64,000 nt of DNA, taken from contig AP024680.1 of the NCBI GenBank assembly GCA_025999275.1, positions 684,522 through 748,521 on the forward strand, in the 5' to 3' direction. The translations under genes and the position numbers were made by a program. This document shows positions 37,497-47,191 of the stretch, in pieces; positions within the stretch are counted from its first letter, which is position 1, and the number at the start of each line of letters is the position of its first letter. Source of the DNA: Patescibacteria group bacterium (GTDB taxonomy: Bacteria > Patescibacteriota > Microgenomatia > UBA8517). Under the pieces are notes generated by a model. That model had not been told where the DNA came from. It saw nothing but the letters and a program-made list of their open reading frames with translations, and made no database searches.

Positions 37497-38510
37497 TTAC
37501 CTTTTGGTTGTTACACTTCTTTTCCAAAGTTCAATATTTTCAAGCACCAAACCAGTCCCTTTAACTACACAAAGCTTGGGATCATCAGCTACATGAGCCG
37601 GAACACCAGTTTCCATAGTTAAATACTTGTCCAAATTCTTGAGAAGGCTGCTTCCCCCACTCATAATTATACCTTTGTCTATAATGTCAGCTGCTAACTC
37701 AGGAGGTGTATCTTCAAGCACGGCCTTAACAGCACCAACAATTTGGTTAACAGGCCCTCTTATCGCATCGCAAATCTCTTTGGAAGATAAAACCACACTC
37801 CTTGGCAAGCCAAAAACAAGGTCGCGGCCGGAAACCTCAAGTTTTTCTTCCTTCACATCTTTAGTAGCCGAACCAATTTTAATTTTTATGTCTTCTGCCG
37901 TTTGGTCTCCAATTATCAGATTGTATTTTTTTCTAAGATAATCTTGAATTGCCTCATCAATTTTGTTACCAGCAACACGCACGCTCTTGCTAACCACAAC
38001 CCCACCAAGCGAAATCACTGCCGCCTCCGTCGCCCCTCCGCCTATATCAACAATCATATGACCCGAGGGGGCAGAAACCGGAATTCCAGCCCCAATTGCA
38101 GCAGCCAAAGGCTCATCAATCAAAAAAGCATGAGCTGCACCAGCTGAAAGAGTAGCGTCAAGAGCGGCTCGTCTTTCAACTTGAGTACAGCCGGCAGGCA
38201 CACAAACCATCACATCGGGCTTGAAAAAAAGAAATCTGCCGCTAACCTTCTGAATAAAATAACGAAGCATTGCCTCCGTAATCTGATAGTCAGCAATCAC
38301 ACCATCTCGCATTGGTCGAGAAGCAATCAAGCTTTCAGGAGTCCGCCCCAGCATCTTCTTTGCCTCTTCCCCAACAGCCACAACTTGATTATCTTCAGCT
38401 GAAACAGCAACTACTGTAGGTTCATTGGCAACTATTCCCTCCCCTGCAAGCCAGACTAGTGTGTTTGCCGTCCCCAAATCGATTGCAATCTTCTTTCTAA
38501 TTTCTATCAT
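37497..38510 (-). CDS. mreB: Rod-shape-determining actin homolog MreB
   Basis: IAIDLGTANTLVW, EPTVVAV, IVDIGGGATEAAVISLGGVV, GIIMSGGSSLL. Confidence 0.9.
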   Translation of the reverse strand: MIEIRKKIAIDLGTANTLVWLAGEGIVANEPTVVAVSAEDNQVVAVGEEAKKMLGRTPESLIASRPMRDGVIADYQITEAMLRYFIQKVSGRFLFFKPDVMVCVPAGCTQVERRAALDATLSAGAAHAFLIDEPLAAAIGAGIPVSAPSGHMIVDIGGGATEAAVISLGGVVVSKSVRVAGNKIDEAIQDYLRKKYNLIIGDQTAEDIKIKIGSATKDVKEEKLEVSGRDLVFGLPRSVVLSSKEICDAIRGPVNQIVGAVKAVLEDTPPELAADIIDKGIIMSGGSSLLKNLDKYLTMETGVPAHVADDPKLCVVKGTGLVLENIELWKRSVTTKR

Positions 38511-38616
38511 ATATTTTGATATAAAAAATAAGTATTTTGATATAAATCAACTAAAGAAAACTAACAAACATTGTAGAAAAAAAAGAAGACAACTACAAGA
38601 AGAAAATGGTAAAAAG

Positions 38617-38772
38617 ACATCGGACATCGGACATCAGCTATCAGTCATCAGTCATCAGATATCAGATATCAGAGATCAGTTATCGGTCAGAGCTGGTCGG
38701 AGTTGGTCAGAGTTAGTCCCAGCCTACGGCGGGGTTAGTCGGAGTTAGTCGAAATTAGTCAAAGTTGGTACT
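38617..38772. repeat. Member of the dispersed ATCAGY-microsatellite / gtcggagttagtc repeat family
   Basis: gacatcggacatcagctatcagtcatcagtcatcagatatcag...ggtcggagttggtcagagttagtccc...ggcggggttagtcggagttagtc resembles the reverse complement of the 52440-52600 interior of the MITE-like element. Confidence 0.5.
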
Positions 38773-38919
38773 TTTGTATATCTAACTAACCGCAGGATCG
38801 TATACTATAAGTAATAACTTTTAGCTTTGAATTAACTTTTAGAGATTAAGATTTGGATTTTAATCTTATTCTTGGAGCCTATTTATCTTATTCCCCACAT
38901 CTAGGTAATTCTTCCAGTT

Positions 38920-38995
38920 TGGTGCCGGTGGGGGGAGTTGAACCCTCAACCTTTCCCTTAGGACGGGACTGCTCTATCCTTTGAGCTACACCGGC
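38920..38995 (-). tRNA. tRNA-Arg (anticodon CCT)
   Basis: Reverse complement reads gccggtgtagctcaaaggatagagcagtcccgtcctaagggaaaggttgagggttcaactccccccaccggcacca. Loop gtCCTaa, CCA encoded. The anticodon stem has one G.A mismatch, hence reduced confidence. Extended -10 TGaTAGAAT upstream. Confidence 0.7.
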
Positions 38996-39021
38996 TTGAA
39001 TTTACATTCTATCAAAAACGA

Positions 39022-39711
39022 TCACTTTCCCTCAACCACAACCACAATTTCCCCCTTCAAATGAGGAACAGCCTTAATTTTTTCAATAACTGACTTGAGA
39101 TCTCCGCGATAAATGCTTTCATAAACTTTAGTTAATTCCCTACCAACAAAAACTCTTCTACCACCATCAAAAACCTCAAGCAACCAAGTAAGAGTCTTCA
39201 AAATCCGATTTGGTGACTCATAAAAAGCAAAGGTAAAACCTCCTTCAGAAAGCCATTTAATAAGTTTTTCTCTACCCTTTTTGGGCAAAAAACCCAAAAA
39301 TACAAATTTATCAGCTCGAAATCCGCAAACAGAAAGGGCTGATGTTAAAGCAGAAGGACCCGGCACCGGCACAATCTTCAAAGATTCTGTGTTTAATGGG
39401 TAATTTGATAACAAAAAATCAATAAGCTCGCCCCCCGGATCAGAAATTCCAGGAGTTCCAGCGTCTGTCACCAAAGCCAAATCTTTACCTTCTAGTAATA
39501 GTTTTAATATCTCAAGTTTCCTTTCTTGGCTGCTATGCTGATGGTAGCTCAAAATATTCTTTTTTATATCGTAATGATTCAAAATCTTTGAGGCTACCCG
39601 GGTATCTTCGGCTAAAATCAGATCCACCTCCTTTAATACCCTTAAAGCCCTCAAAGTGATATCTTCAAGATTACCAATTGGGGTCGCAACCACATAAAGA
39701 GTTCTCGACAT
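39022..39711 (-). CDS. rsmI: 16S rRNA 2'-O-methyltransferase RsmI (tetrapyrrole-methylase fold)
   Basis: LYVVATPIGNLEDITLRALRVLKEVDLILAEDTR N-terminus is typical of RsmI. Confidence 0.85.
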   Translation of the reverse strand: MSRTLYVVATPIGNLEDITLRALRVLKEVDLILAEDTRVASKILNHYDIKKNILSYHQHSSQERKLEILKLLLEGKDLALVTDAGTPGISDPGGELIDFLLSNYPLNTESLKIVPVPGPSALTSALSVCGFRADKFVFLGFLPKKGREKLIKWLSEGGFTFAFYESPNRILKTLTWLLEVFDGGRRVFVGRELTKVYESIYRGDLKSVIEKIKAVPHLKGEIVVVVEGK

Positions 39712-39781
39712 AATTAAGATTATAACAACAAATAGTGGAAAGTAGAAAGCATTATTGAACAGGGTCCGACCCTGTCCAAAA

Positions 39782-40279
39782 CTATTCCTCTACTTCATCT
39801 CTTGAATAAATAAGGCACTCTGAAGCGCTGATGTAATCAAAAATCTCATCGTCTGAGAATATTAGTGTTTTTTCCTTCTGGGCCGCCTCAGCTGAATCTG
39901 AAGCATGAATAAGATTCTGGCTTCCACTCATACCAAAATCACCCCTGATTGAACCTGCCTCAGCTTCCCTACCCTTGGTTGTACCAACAATCTTTCTTAC
40001 CGTTGCTATAGCATCTAAGCCCTCCCAAACCATAGCCACAATTGGAGTCCACTCCATAAAATTCTTTAAGGTTGGAAAAAAGGACTTGTCTTTATGGTGA
40101 GCGTACCACTCGTCAATTATCTCATCTGTAAGTTTAAGCATCTTAATTCCAACAAGCTTTAAACCTTTTCTATCAAAGCGATGAATAATTTCCCCCGTTA
40201 AGCCGCGCTGAAGAGCATCCGGCTTAATTAAGACTACTGTTTGTTCCATTTTAGACATAATATTCAAGTCAAAAGTCAA
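39782..40279 (-). CDS. ndk: Nucleoside diphosphate kinase
   Basis: EQTVVLIKPDALQRGLTGEIIHRFDRKGLKLV, NLIHASDS. The true start is probably MEQT (40249) within the ORF-track extent. Confidence 0.85.
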   Translation of the reverse strand: MTFDLNIMSKMEQTVVLIKPDALQRGLTGEIIHRFDRKGLKLVGIKMLKLTDEIIDEWYAHHKDKSFFPTLKNFMEWTPIVAMVWEGLDAIATVRKIVGTTKGREAEAGSIRGDFGMSGSQNLIHASDSAEAAQKEKTLIFSDDEIFDYISASECLIYSRDEVEE

Positions 40280-40414
40280 AAGTTAAAAGTTAAAATTCAA
40301 AAGTCAAAATCACAAATAAATTATCAAACATTAAAGTAAAATGGTCAAGGGCAAATTAAAATTGCTTATAATACATTGGCTTTTGAAACCTAAAAATAAT
40401 ATAATAAGTTCACA

Positions 40415-41635
40415 ATGGTTAAGTTAAGGGTTGTCATTCTTATTACAACTATAACAATAGTTGGAGTTTTTAGCTACCTCTTATCGCTTTACGCTCGCGG
40501 TTATCGATTTGATAACAAAAATTTGAAATTGACCCCAAACGGACTCCTTGTTGTTAAATCAAACCCAGAAGGAGCTCAGATTTTTATCAACCAAGAGCTA
40601 AAAGGAGCCACAAACGCAAATTTTAATCTCGCACCTGATACATACGATATCACTGTCAAGAAAGAAGGATATTCAAGTTGGAACAAAAGATTAACTATAA
40701 AAAAAGAAGAGGTAACAGAAGTAGATGCTCATCTTTTTAAAATTGCCCCTTCCCTTTCAGCCGTAACTTTTAACTCCTGTATTAACCCTCAAGCATCTCC
40801 CGACTCAACAAAAATTGCATTTATCGTACCCCCAACTCAAGAAAACATTGCTCAAGACAAAGAAGGTCTTTGGGTATTAGAGAATATTAATCTCCCGCTT
40901 GGCTTTTCCAGAGACCCAAGAAGAATAACAGATGGTGATCTAAAGGATTCAGACTGGATATGGTCACCTGACAGCAGACAGATCTTGCTTTTGACCCCAA
41001 GGGGAAAATTCTTACTTGATGTTAGCAACTTTACCCCCCAAGACAAAAGAGTAAATATCGCCAACAAAGCCGACCTATTAATTGAAGATTGGCAAAAGGA
41101 AGAAGAAAAGATATTAAAATCAAAGATTAAAAGTACGCCTGATAAAATTGCTGAAATACTTCAAAATTATGCAGAAAACATTACTTTTTCTCCTGATGAA
41201 ACAAAAGTTCTATACACCGCCACTGTCGATTACAAAATTCCCGATGAAATCATTAAACCCATACCAGGAGCTTCGACTCAAAAGCAAGAAAGAGATATCA
41301 GAAAAGGTAAAACTTATGTTTATGATATCAAAGAAGATCGAAATTTTTGGATAGCAGCTGAAGAACCAGATCTGCAAATAGATCAAAATGTTCCTAAAGA
41401 TAAAGAAGTAAAACAAAAAATAGTTTGGTTTGCGACATCAAGACATTTGATTTGGGCAAAAGAAGGAAAGATAATCATCATGGATTATGATGGCACAAAC
41501 AGACAAGAAGTCTATTCTGGAAGCTATTTTGCTCCTTTTGCCTTTCCTACTTTAAGTAACGACAGAATTCTGATTTTAACTAATCTTGGCGCCGACTCTC
41601 AAAACGCGAATTTATACTACCTCAATATAAAATAG
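40415..41635 (+). CDS. Membrane-anchored PEGA-domain + beta-propeller-like protein
   Basis: N-terminal TM, VKSNPEGAQIFINQELKGATNA (PEGA motif), later WSPDSRQILL / FSPDETKVLY propeller-like repeats. Confidence 0.55.
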   Translation: MVKLRVVILITTITIVGVFSYLLSLYARGYRFDNKNLKLTPNGLLVVKSNPEGAQIFINQELKGATNANFNLAPDTYDITVKKEGYSSWNKRLTIKKEEVTEVDAHLFKIAPSLSAVTFNSCINPQASPDSTKIAFIVPPTQENIAQDKEGLWVLENINLPLGFSRDPRRITDGDLKDSDWIWSPDSRQILLLTPRGKFLLDVSNFTPQDKRVNIANKADLLIEDWQKEEEKILKSKIKSTPDKIAEILQNYAENITFSPDETKVLYTATVDYKIPDEIIKPIPGASTQKQERDIRKGKTYVYDIKEDRNFWIAAEEPDLQIDQNVPKDKEVKQKIVWFATSRHLIWAKEGKIIIMDYDGTNRQEVYSGSYFAPFAFPTLSNDRILILTNLGADSQNANLYYLNIK

Positions 41636-41805
41636 TAACAAATAACAAGGGGGAAACGAATTGGAATTAGAATTTATGAATCAAGGAGTATAAATTTATG
41701 GGTAAATAATTCAAAATTTAGAATTCATAATTCATTTTCCCTCACTACTTTCTACATTCTACTTTCTACCATCTTCGCCTTCCCATACCCCTTAATTCAT
41801 AATTC

Positions 41806-43068
41806 TTAAATCCCAACTTCGATTTTATCCTGCGGTCCAATTAAAGCAATATTTAAACGATTCTCCTGAAAAATCTTTTTTGCCACATCATAAACATCAC
41901 TGACACTCACCTTGTCTATCGCTTCAAAAACTTCCTGCAATGTCCTTGGCTTGCCAAGATAAAGCTCTTCAAGAGCAAAAAATTCGCTCACCGTCGAGGT
42001 TGATTCAAGAGAAAGTGCGAGATTTCCTTTTAAATACTCCTTTGCTTTTGCAAATTCCTTGGCAGAAATTTTGTATCTCTTGTCTCTCAAGCCATAATAC
42101 TGATCAAGAATAACTTTGGCAGCCTCATTAACCTTATCAACCCTCACTCCTGCATAAGTAAGGAAGCTTCCCATATCAAAAGCGTGATCAGATGACGTTC
42201 TAACAGAATAAGCAAGTCCTCTTTTCTCTCTAACTTCAATGAACATCCTTGAGCTCATTCCCCCACCAAGAATTGTTGAAAGCAAAGCTTCAGCATATCG
42301 CCCTTCCCAACCATATTTTTCTCCTTTAAAGCCAATGACTAAATGTGTCTGATCAGTCTTTTTCTTTTTAATCAATACCTCAGGTTGTCCTTGAGTTAAC
42401 GATTCACAAATAAAATCAGGCTTCTTTCGAGAGGCTTCAAGACTACCAAAATACTTATTTGCAAGTTTTAACATTTCTTTCTCATAAAAACCTCCCGCAA
42501 TTGTCAAAAGCATATTTTCAGGATAATAATGTTTGTTTCTGTAATTGATGAAATCCTCGCGCTTCATCTTGCTTACTGTTTCTTTAGTGCCTGCAATATC
42601 GCGAGCAAGTGAAGACCCCTTAAAAACCAAGTTGTCAAAAACATCATAAATCTTAATCATGGGAGTATCTTCATACATAGCAATCTCCTCTAAAATCACA
42701 CCTTTCTCTTTTTCTATTTCTTCTTCTTTAAGAAGCGGGTTTAAGACAATGTCTGACAATATATCAAACGCCTTCTCAAGTATGTCAGAACGAGCACGAA
42801 TGTAAAAGTTTGTCCACTCCTTTGATGTCCCCGCATTGGTTTGAGCGCCAATAGAGTCAATTTCTTCAGAAACAGCCTTTGCAGAAGGGCGCCTCTTTGA
42901 TCCTTTAAAAACCATATGCTCCAAGAAGTGGCTGATTCCTGCTACTCTATCGCTTTCAAACCTTGAGCCAGTCTTAACCCAAATAGTAACCACAGCCGAT
43001 TCCAAAGCCGGCATCGGTGCCAAGATTACCCTCAAATTATTCTTTAAAATTTCCTTTTTATACTTCAT
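41806..43068 (-). CDS. M16-family (pitrilysin/insulinase-like) zinc peptidase
   Basis: HFLEHMVFKG inverted zinc motif HxxEH. Start chosen at ATG (MKYKKEIL). The ORF-track TTG start 43080 would overlap a REP hairpin. Confidence 0.8.
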   Translation of the reverse strand: MKYKKEILKNNLRVILAPMPALESAVVTIWVKTGSRFESDRVAGISHFLEHMVFKGSKRRPSAKAVSEEIDSIGAQTNAGTSKEWTNFYIRARSDILEKAFDILSDIVLNPLLKEEEIEKEKGVILEEIAMYEDTPMIKIYDVFDNLVFKGSSLARDIAGTKETVSKMKREDFINYRNKHYYPENMLLTIAGGFYEKEMLKLANKYFGSLEASRKKPDFICESLTQGQPEVLIKKKKTDQTHLVIGFKGEKYGWEGRYAEALLSTILGGGMSSRMFIEVREKRGLAYSVRTSSDHAFDMGSFLTYAGVRVDKVNEAAKVILDQYYGLRDKRYKISAKEFAKAKEYLKGNLALSLESTSTVSEFFALEELYLGKPRTLQEVFEAIDKVSVSDVYDVAKKIFQENRLNIALIGPQDKIEVGI

Positions 43069-43074
43069 ATCTAC

Positions 43075-43134
43075 TGACAAGGTCCGTCTTTGTCAAAAAC
43101 CAAGGCGAGAAACTGACAAGGACGGACCTTGTCA
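43075..43134. repeat. REP doublet (REPIN-like): tgacaaggtccgtctttgtca ...18 nt... tgacaaggacggaccttgtca
   Basis: Each unit is an 8-bp stem (tgacaagg/ccttgtca) with a 5-nt loop. The two units are in opposite orientation at 43075-43095 and 43114-43134. Confidence 0.7.
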
Positions 43135-43161
43135 AGCGGCCTAACAACAGCCTAAGAAAAA

Positions 43162-44904
43162 TCACATTTTTTCAACCGCCTCTATACCCAAGATTCCAAG
43201 TCCTTTCTTTAAAACCAAAGAAACTGCCTCAGTCAATTTTAAACGTAGCTGTCTTTTTTTCAAGTCTTCTTCTTTCAAAATCGGATACTTATCATAAAAG
43301 CTGTTAAACTTCTGGCAAAGTTCAAAAAGAAAGTCACAAAGAAGATTTGGGGAAAATTCAAAAGCAGCCTTTTTTATCACCTCTTCAAAATGGAAAATAA
43401 ACCGCAAAAGAGACTTCTCATCCTCATTAACTTCAAAAGCACTCTTAAAATCAAATTTAAAACTACCCGCCTTTTTCAAAACACTAAAAGTGCGAGCAAA
43501 TGTGTATTGTAAATAAGGACCAGAATTGCCTTCAAGAGACAAGATCTTATTCCAATCAAAAACAATATCACTTTTAACCGAATGCTTTAAATCAAAATAC
43601 TTAATTGCTCCAATACCTACCTTCTCTGATACTTCCTCTATCTTGTCACTAGATAAATTTCTAGAAGTAGCAGAATTTGTAATAATCTCTTTGGCTTTTT
43701 TTATTGCCTCTTTTAAAACATCTTCCAAATTTACCACCCCACCCTTGCGAGTTGAAAATTTATGTCCTGATTGGTCCAAATAAAGACCATGTTGAGTGTG
43801 ATAAAGGATAACATCTTCAGGAACAATTCCAAGCTTGCGGCTAGCAGCAAAAACCTGCTTAAAATGAAGCGTCTGCTCCTGACCCACCTCATAAATAACA
43901 ATATCGGCAGAAAATCTCCGCATCCTAAAGCGAAGACAAGCCAAATCGCGAGTGGCATAGGTAGTCGCCCCATCACTTTTTAAAACCATCAAAGGCGTTT
44001 TTATTCCAAACTCATCAAGTCTAATTATTTTTGCCCCAGCTTCCCCTTCCTCAAGATTCTCAATAAGTTTTTTATCTTTAAGAAGCGCCTTCATTTCATC
44101 CTCGTAGTAGCTCTCCCCCAGAACAAAATCAAAAGAAACACCAAGAAGTTTGTAAATCCGTTCAAATTCTTCTAAAGAGATTTTCCGACAAGTCTGCCAA
44201 ATTTTTCTTGCCTTGGGATCACCATCCTCAAGTTTTTTAAACCAAAAACGAGCCTGATCTTGCAATTTGGGATCTTCTTTTGCTTTGCGATTAAACTCAA
44301 CATACATCTCCTCAAGTTTCTCAACCGTCAAACTATCCAAGCTAACATTTGAATTGATAATCTCGCAAATTAAAGCGCCAAACTGAGAACCCCAATCACC
44401 CAAGTGGTTGTCACCAATTACTCTATAACCTAAAAATGAATAAAGATTGTAAAGAGCCTGACCAATTATGGTAGAACGCAAATGGCCAATTGAAAAATTC
44501 TTGGCGATATTGGGAGAAGAATAATCAATTACAACAGTCTTTCCCCTACCAATATTCTTGTTTTTATATGTATCCAAATATCTCAAATTATAAATTAGAG
44601 TATCTTCTTTAAGCCAAAAGTTTATAAAACCCGGCCTTTTTACCTCAATTTTACCAACAAACTGCATCAGATCTTTACTTTTTTCAAGAAAAGAAGCTAT
44701 AGATAAGGCTAAATCCTGAGGGCTTTTGCCTTTTTCTATTTCCTTTGGCAATCTTGAAAATAGATTCTTGTCGCCAAATGCCCTCATGGCAATATTGGTT
44801 GTATAATCACCAAAATTCTGATTTTCAGGAATCTCGACAGAAAGATCGTCCCTTTCAAGTCCAAGAAGAGAAACTAAAATATCTTTCAGTCTATCATCTA
44901 ACAT
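43162..44904 (-). CDS. argS: Arginine--tRNA ligase
   Basis: N-terminal add-on domain, SPNIAKNFSIGHLRSTIIG (HIGH-region equivalent), class-I fold and anticodon-binding C-terminus. 580 aa. Confidence 0.85.
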   Translation of the reverse strand: MLDDRLKDILVSLLGLERDDLSVEIPENQNFGDYTTNIAMRAFGDKNLFSRLPKEIEKGKSPQDLALSIASFLEKSKDLMQFVGKIEVKRPGFINFWLKEDTLIYNLRYLDTYKNKNIGRGKTVVIDYSSPNIAKNFSIGHLRSTIIGQALYNLYSFLGYRVIGDNHLGDWGSQFGALICEIINSNVSLDSLTVEKLEEMYVEFNRKAKEDPKLQDQARFWFKKLEDGDPKARKIWQTCRKISLEEFERIYKLLGVSFDFVLGESYYEDEMKALLKDKKLIENLEEGEAGAKIIRLDEFGIKTPLMVLKSDGATTYATRDLACLRFRMRRFSADIVIYEVGQEQTLHFKQVFAASRKLGIVPEDVILYHTQHGLYLDQSGHKFSTRKGGVVNLEDVLKEAIKKAKEIITNSATSRNLSSDKIEEVSEKVGIGAIKYFDLKHSVKSDIVFDWNKILSLEGNSGPYLQYTFARTFSVLKKAGSFKFDFKSAFEVNEDEKSLLRFIFHFEEVIKKAAFEFSPNLLCDFLFELCQKFNSFYDKYPILKEEDLKKRQLRLKLTEAVSLVLKKGLGILGIEAVEKM

Positions 44905-44934
44905 ACATCAATTATAACCTCTCTAGAAATTATT

Positions 44935-45858
44935 TCATCTCTTAATTTTCCACTCCTTACCATCTGAAATGACTTCTACATCACCCATCTGGTCAGTTCT
45001 AAAAACTGAAACTCCAAAGGAAGAAAGCATATTTAAAATTTCAGGGTTTGGATGTCCATAAGAATTCTTGCCTACTGATATTACAGCCACTTTAGGCTTC
45101 AATAATTCCAGCAAATCTTGCGTTAATCCATTTTTACTGCCGTGATGAGGCACTTTGATATATTCGACTAAACCATCTTCAAGCGTTGGCAAGGCTGTTT
45201 CAAGACTAGTCTTAACCTCATCGGAAATTGCAGGAGTGGTGTCTCCAGAAAGCCAGGCGTCAAATTCACCAAAACTAAGAATAAGGTTAATCGAGAACTC
45301 ATTTGCCTGTATTTTGGTAGTTCTTGCCCCAAGCACTGATATATTTTGATTATCATTTTCCTTTTCTTTGACAAGCGTATTGTCGGCCAAAAACTGATTT
45401 GAAGGGTGAAGTATAACAAAATGCATCATACCCAACCTGATAAATTTGCCTTCATCCGGAAATATAACCTTTACACCCCCACTCCCCACCTGATTTTTTA
45501 GCAATTGATATTCTTGACTGCTAGAATCAAGCGAGGAAACCAAAAATGAATCTACTTTATACCTCCTAAAAACTTCCAAAAGCCCTCCATAGTGATCTTT
45601 TTCAGGATGGGTCAAAACCACAAGCTCAATTTTCCTGTCCCAAAACGGCATATGAGAAGAAAGACAATCCAAAATCTTACTTGTCGGCCCGCCATCAATC
45701 AAAACCTGAGTATCTTTATAATAAGCAAGAATTCCATCCCCCTGCCCCACATCGCAAGCCACCAGATGAAAATAATTATCAGGAAGCGAAAAAACCAAAA
45801 GCCAAACTAAAGAGGCAACAAGAAAAAGACAGAAAAGAAAAAACCTTGTCTTACTCAT
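44935..45858 (-). CDS. ComEC C-terminal metallo-beta-lactamase-fold domain protein
   Basis: VACDVGQGDGILAYYKDTQVLIDGG and HPEKDHYGG. The start ATG overlaps the stop of the upstream ORF as ATGA. Confidence 0.7.
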   Translation of the reverse strand: MSKTRFFLFCLFLVASLVWLLVFSLPDNYFHLVACDVGQGDGILAYYKDTQVLIDGGPTSKILDCLSSHMPFWDRKIELVVLTHPEKDHYGGLLEVFRRYKVDSFLVSSLDSSSQEYQLLKNQVGSGGVKVIFPDEGKFIRLGMMHFVILHPSNQFLADNTLVKEKENDNQNISVLGARTTKIQANEFSINLILSFGEFDAWLSGDTTPAISDEVKTSLETALPTLEDGLVEYIKVPHHGSKNGLTQDLLELLKPKVAVISVGKNSYGHPNPEILNMLSSFGVSVFRTDQMGDVEVISDGKEWKIKR

Positions 45859-46925
45859 AAGCGGGCAAATAAAGAAACTACACTAATAAAAAAATAAGTC
45901 AAAGGATAAGTCAAAAGAAGCAATATTCTTGCCAATAAAGGAGATAAAAATACAAAAACAGAGGAAATCATACCCAAAACGGTAATATAAGGTACAACCC
46001 ACAACACTAGACCATTGATAATTGGAGACCATATCGAAAAGTATCCAAATGTAAAATAAAGTATCGGCGCTACCAAAATTTGAGCCGAGAGTGAGGTTGA
46101 AAAACCTTCTCTTAAAAATTTGGGTATAAACTTTAACTTATTATCAATCTTCCTCCCAAACAAAATCAAAGATAGTGTAGCAGCAAAAGAAAGAATAAAG
46201 CCAACATCAAAAATATAATAGGGATTAAAAACAAGCATTATAAAGAAAGTATAAAACAAAGCCTTCAGGGCAAAACTCATCCGACCAAAAATTACCGCAG
46301 AAAAACTAATAGTTGCCATAAGACAAGCGCGAATAATTGGAGCATCAAAACCAGATAAAAATGCATAAAACCAGATAAAAACAAGCGAGATAATCAAGGC
46401 AACAGGCCTTCTAACAAAAAGAATCAAAAAAGAGATCAAAAAACCAGCAACTAAGGTAACATTCATACCGGAGGCAACAACTACATGAGCAGTGCCAGTT
46501 TTTTTAAGTTCATCCCAAAACCAAGAAGGAAGAGATGATTTTGACCCCAAAACCATTCCGGCAACCAAAGAAGAATGCGGCTCCGGCAAAACCGACTGAT
46601 AAAAGTTTAAAATTTTCTCTCTTATCCCAAACAAAAAGCCACCTTTTTTAATTTCAATTAGTTTGGTATCCTCAAGAGTCTTCTTTTTAAGATTTACCCT
46701 CCCCTCAAGTGTGACAATATCTCCATAATTGGCAGAAGGAAAAGACGGCAAATAGGCTTTAAGCCCTAGAATTTTTATTTGCTGGCTCTTTTCAAAAACC
46801 AAAGGCTCGCTTTTTATTCTTTCTTGATTAATTCTTATTCTAGATCCATCAATAAAATTAGGTCGAAGTTGGTAAGCTCGAAAAACAATCAAAACAATCA
46901 ACAAAACCCACAAAACCATCTTGGA
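45855..46925 (-). CDS. ComEC N-terminal polytopic membrane (competence) domain protein
   Basis: Multiple TM helices and competence-domain-like hydrophobic core. Start taken at MSKMVLWVLL (46925), because the ORF-track N-terminus 46926-47000 runs into the tandem-repeat region. Confidence 0.6.
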   Translation of the reverse strand, partial: SKMVLWVLLIVLIVFRAYQLRPNFIDGSRIRINQERIKSEPLVFEKSQQIKILGLKAYLPSFPSANYGDIVTLEGRVNLKKKTLEDTKLIEIKKGGFLFGIREKILNFYQSVLPEPHSSLVAGMVLGSKSSLPSWFWDELKKTGTAHVVVASGMNVTLVAGFLISFLILFVRRPVALIISLVFIWFYAFLSGFDAPIIRACLMATISFSAVIFGRMSFALKALFYTFFIMLVFNPYYIFDVGFILSFAATLSLILFGRKIDNKLKFIPKFLREGFSTSLSAQILVAPILYFTFGYFSIWSPIINGLVLWVVPYITVLGMISSVFVFLSPLLARILLLLTYPLTYFFISVVSLFARL

Positions 46926-46949
46926 CATACAATTTAAGTGTAAAGAGAA

Positions 46950-47190
46950 ATTGAGGTAATGGTCAATGATCAATGATCGATGGTTGATGTAACTGGACAC
47001 CTTAACTGGACACCTTCAATATGTACCAGCTTAACACCTGGAACAATAGACAAGCTGATGACCGATGGCTGATGACCGGTAGCTGATGACCGATGGCTGA
47101 TGACCGGTAGCTGATGACCGATGGCTGATGCCTGATACTGATAGCTAATGTCTGACAGCCGACAGCCGATAGCTGACATCCTTTTACTCC
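46950..47190. repeat. Tandem and direct repeat block (28-bp unit gctgatgaccgatggctgatgaccggta x ~2.7; aactggacacctt x2) of the ATCAGY family
   Basis: The tandem array is read at 47054-47130. It is flanked by ggtcaatgatcaatgatcgatggttgatg and gacagccgacagccgatagctgacatcc. Confidence 0.6.
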
Positions 47191-47191
47191 G

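Noticed and set aside
46950-47190. Possible CRISPR array
   Set aside because: The repeats are contiguous tandem 28-bp units without unique spacers and belong to a dispersed ATCAGY repeat family. No cas genes are nearby.
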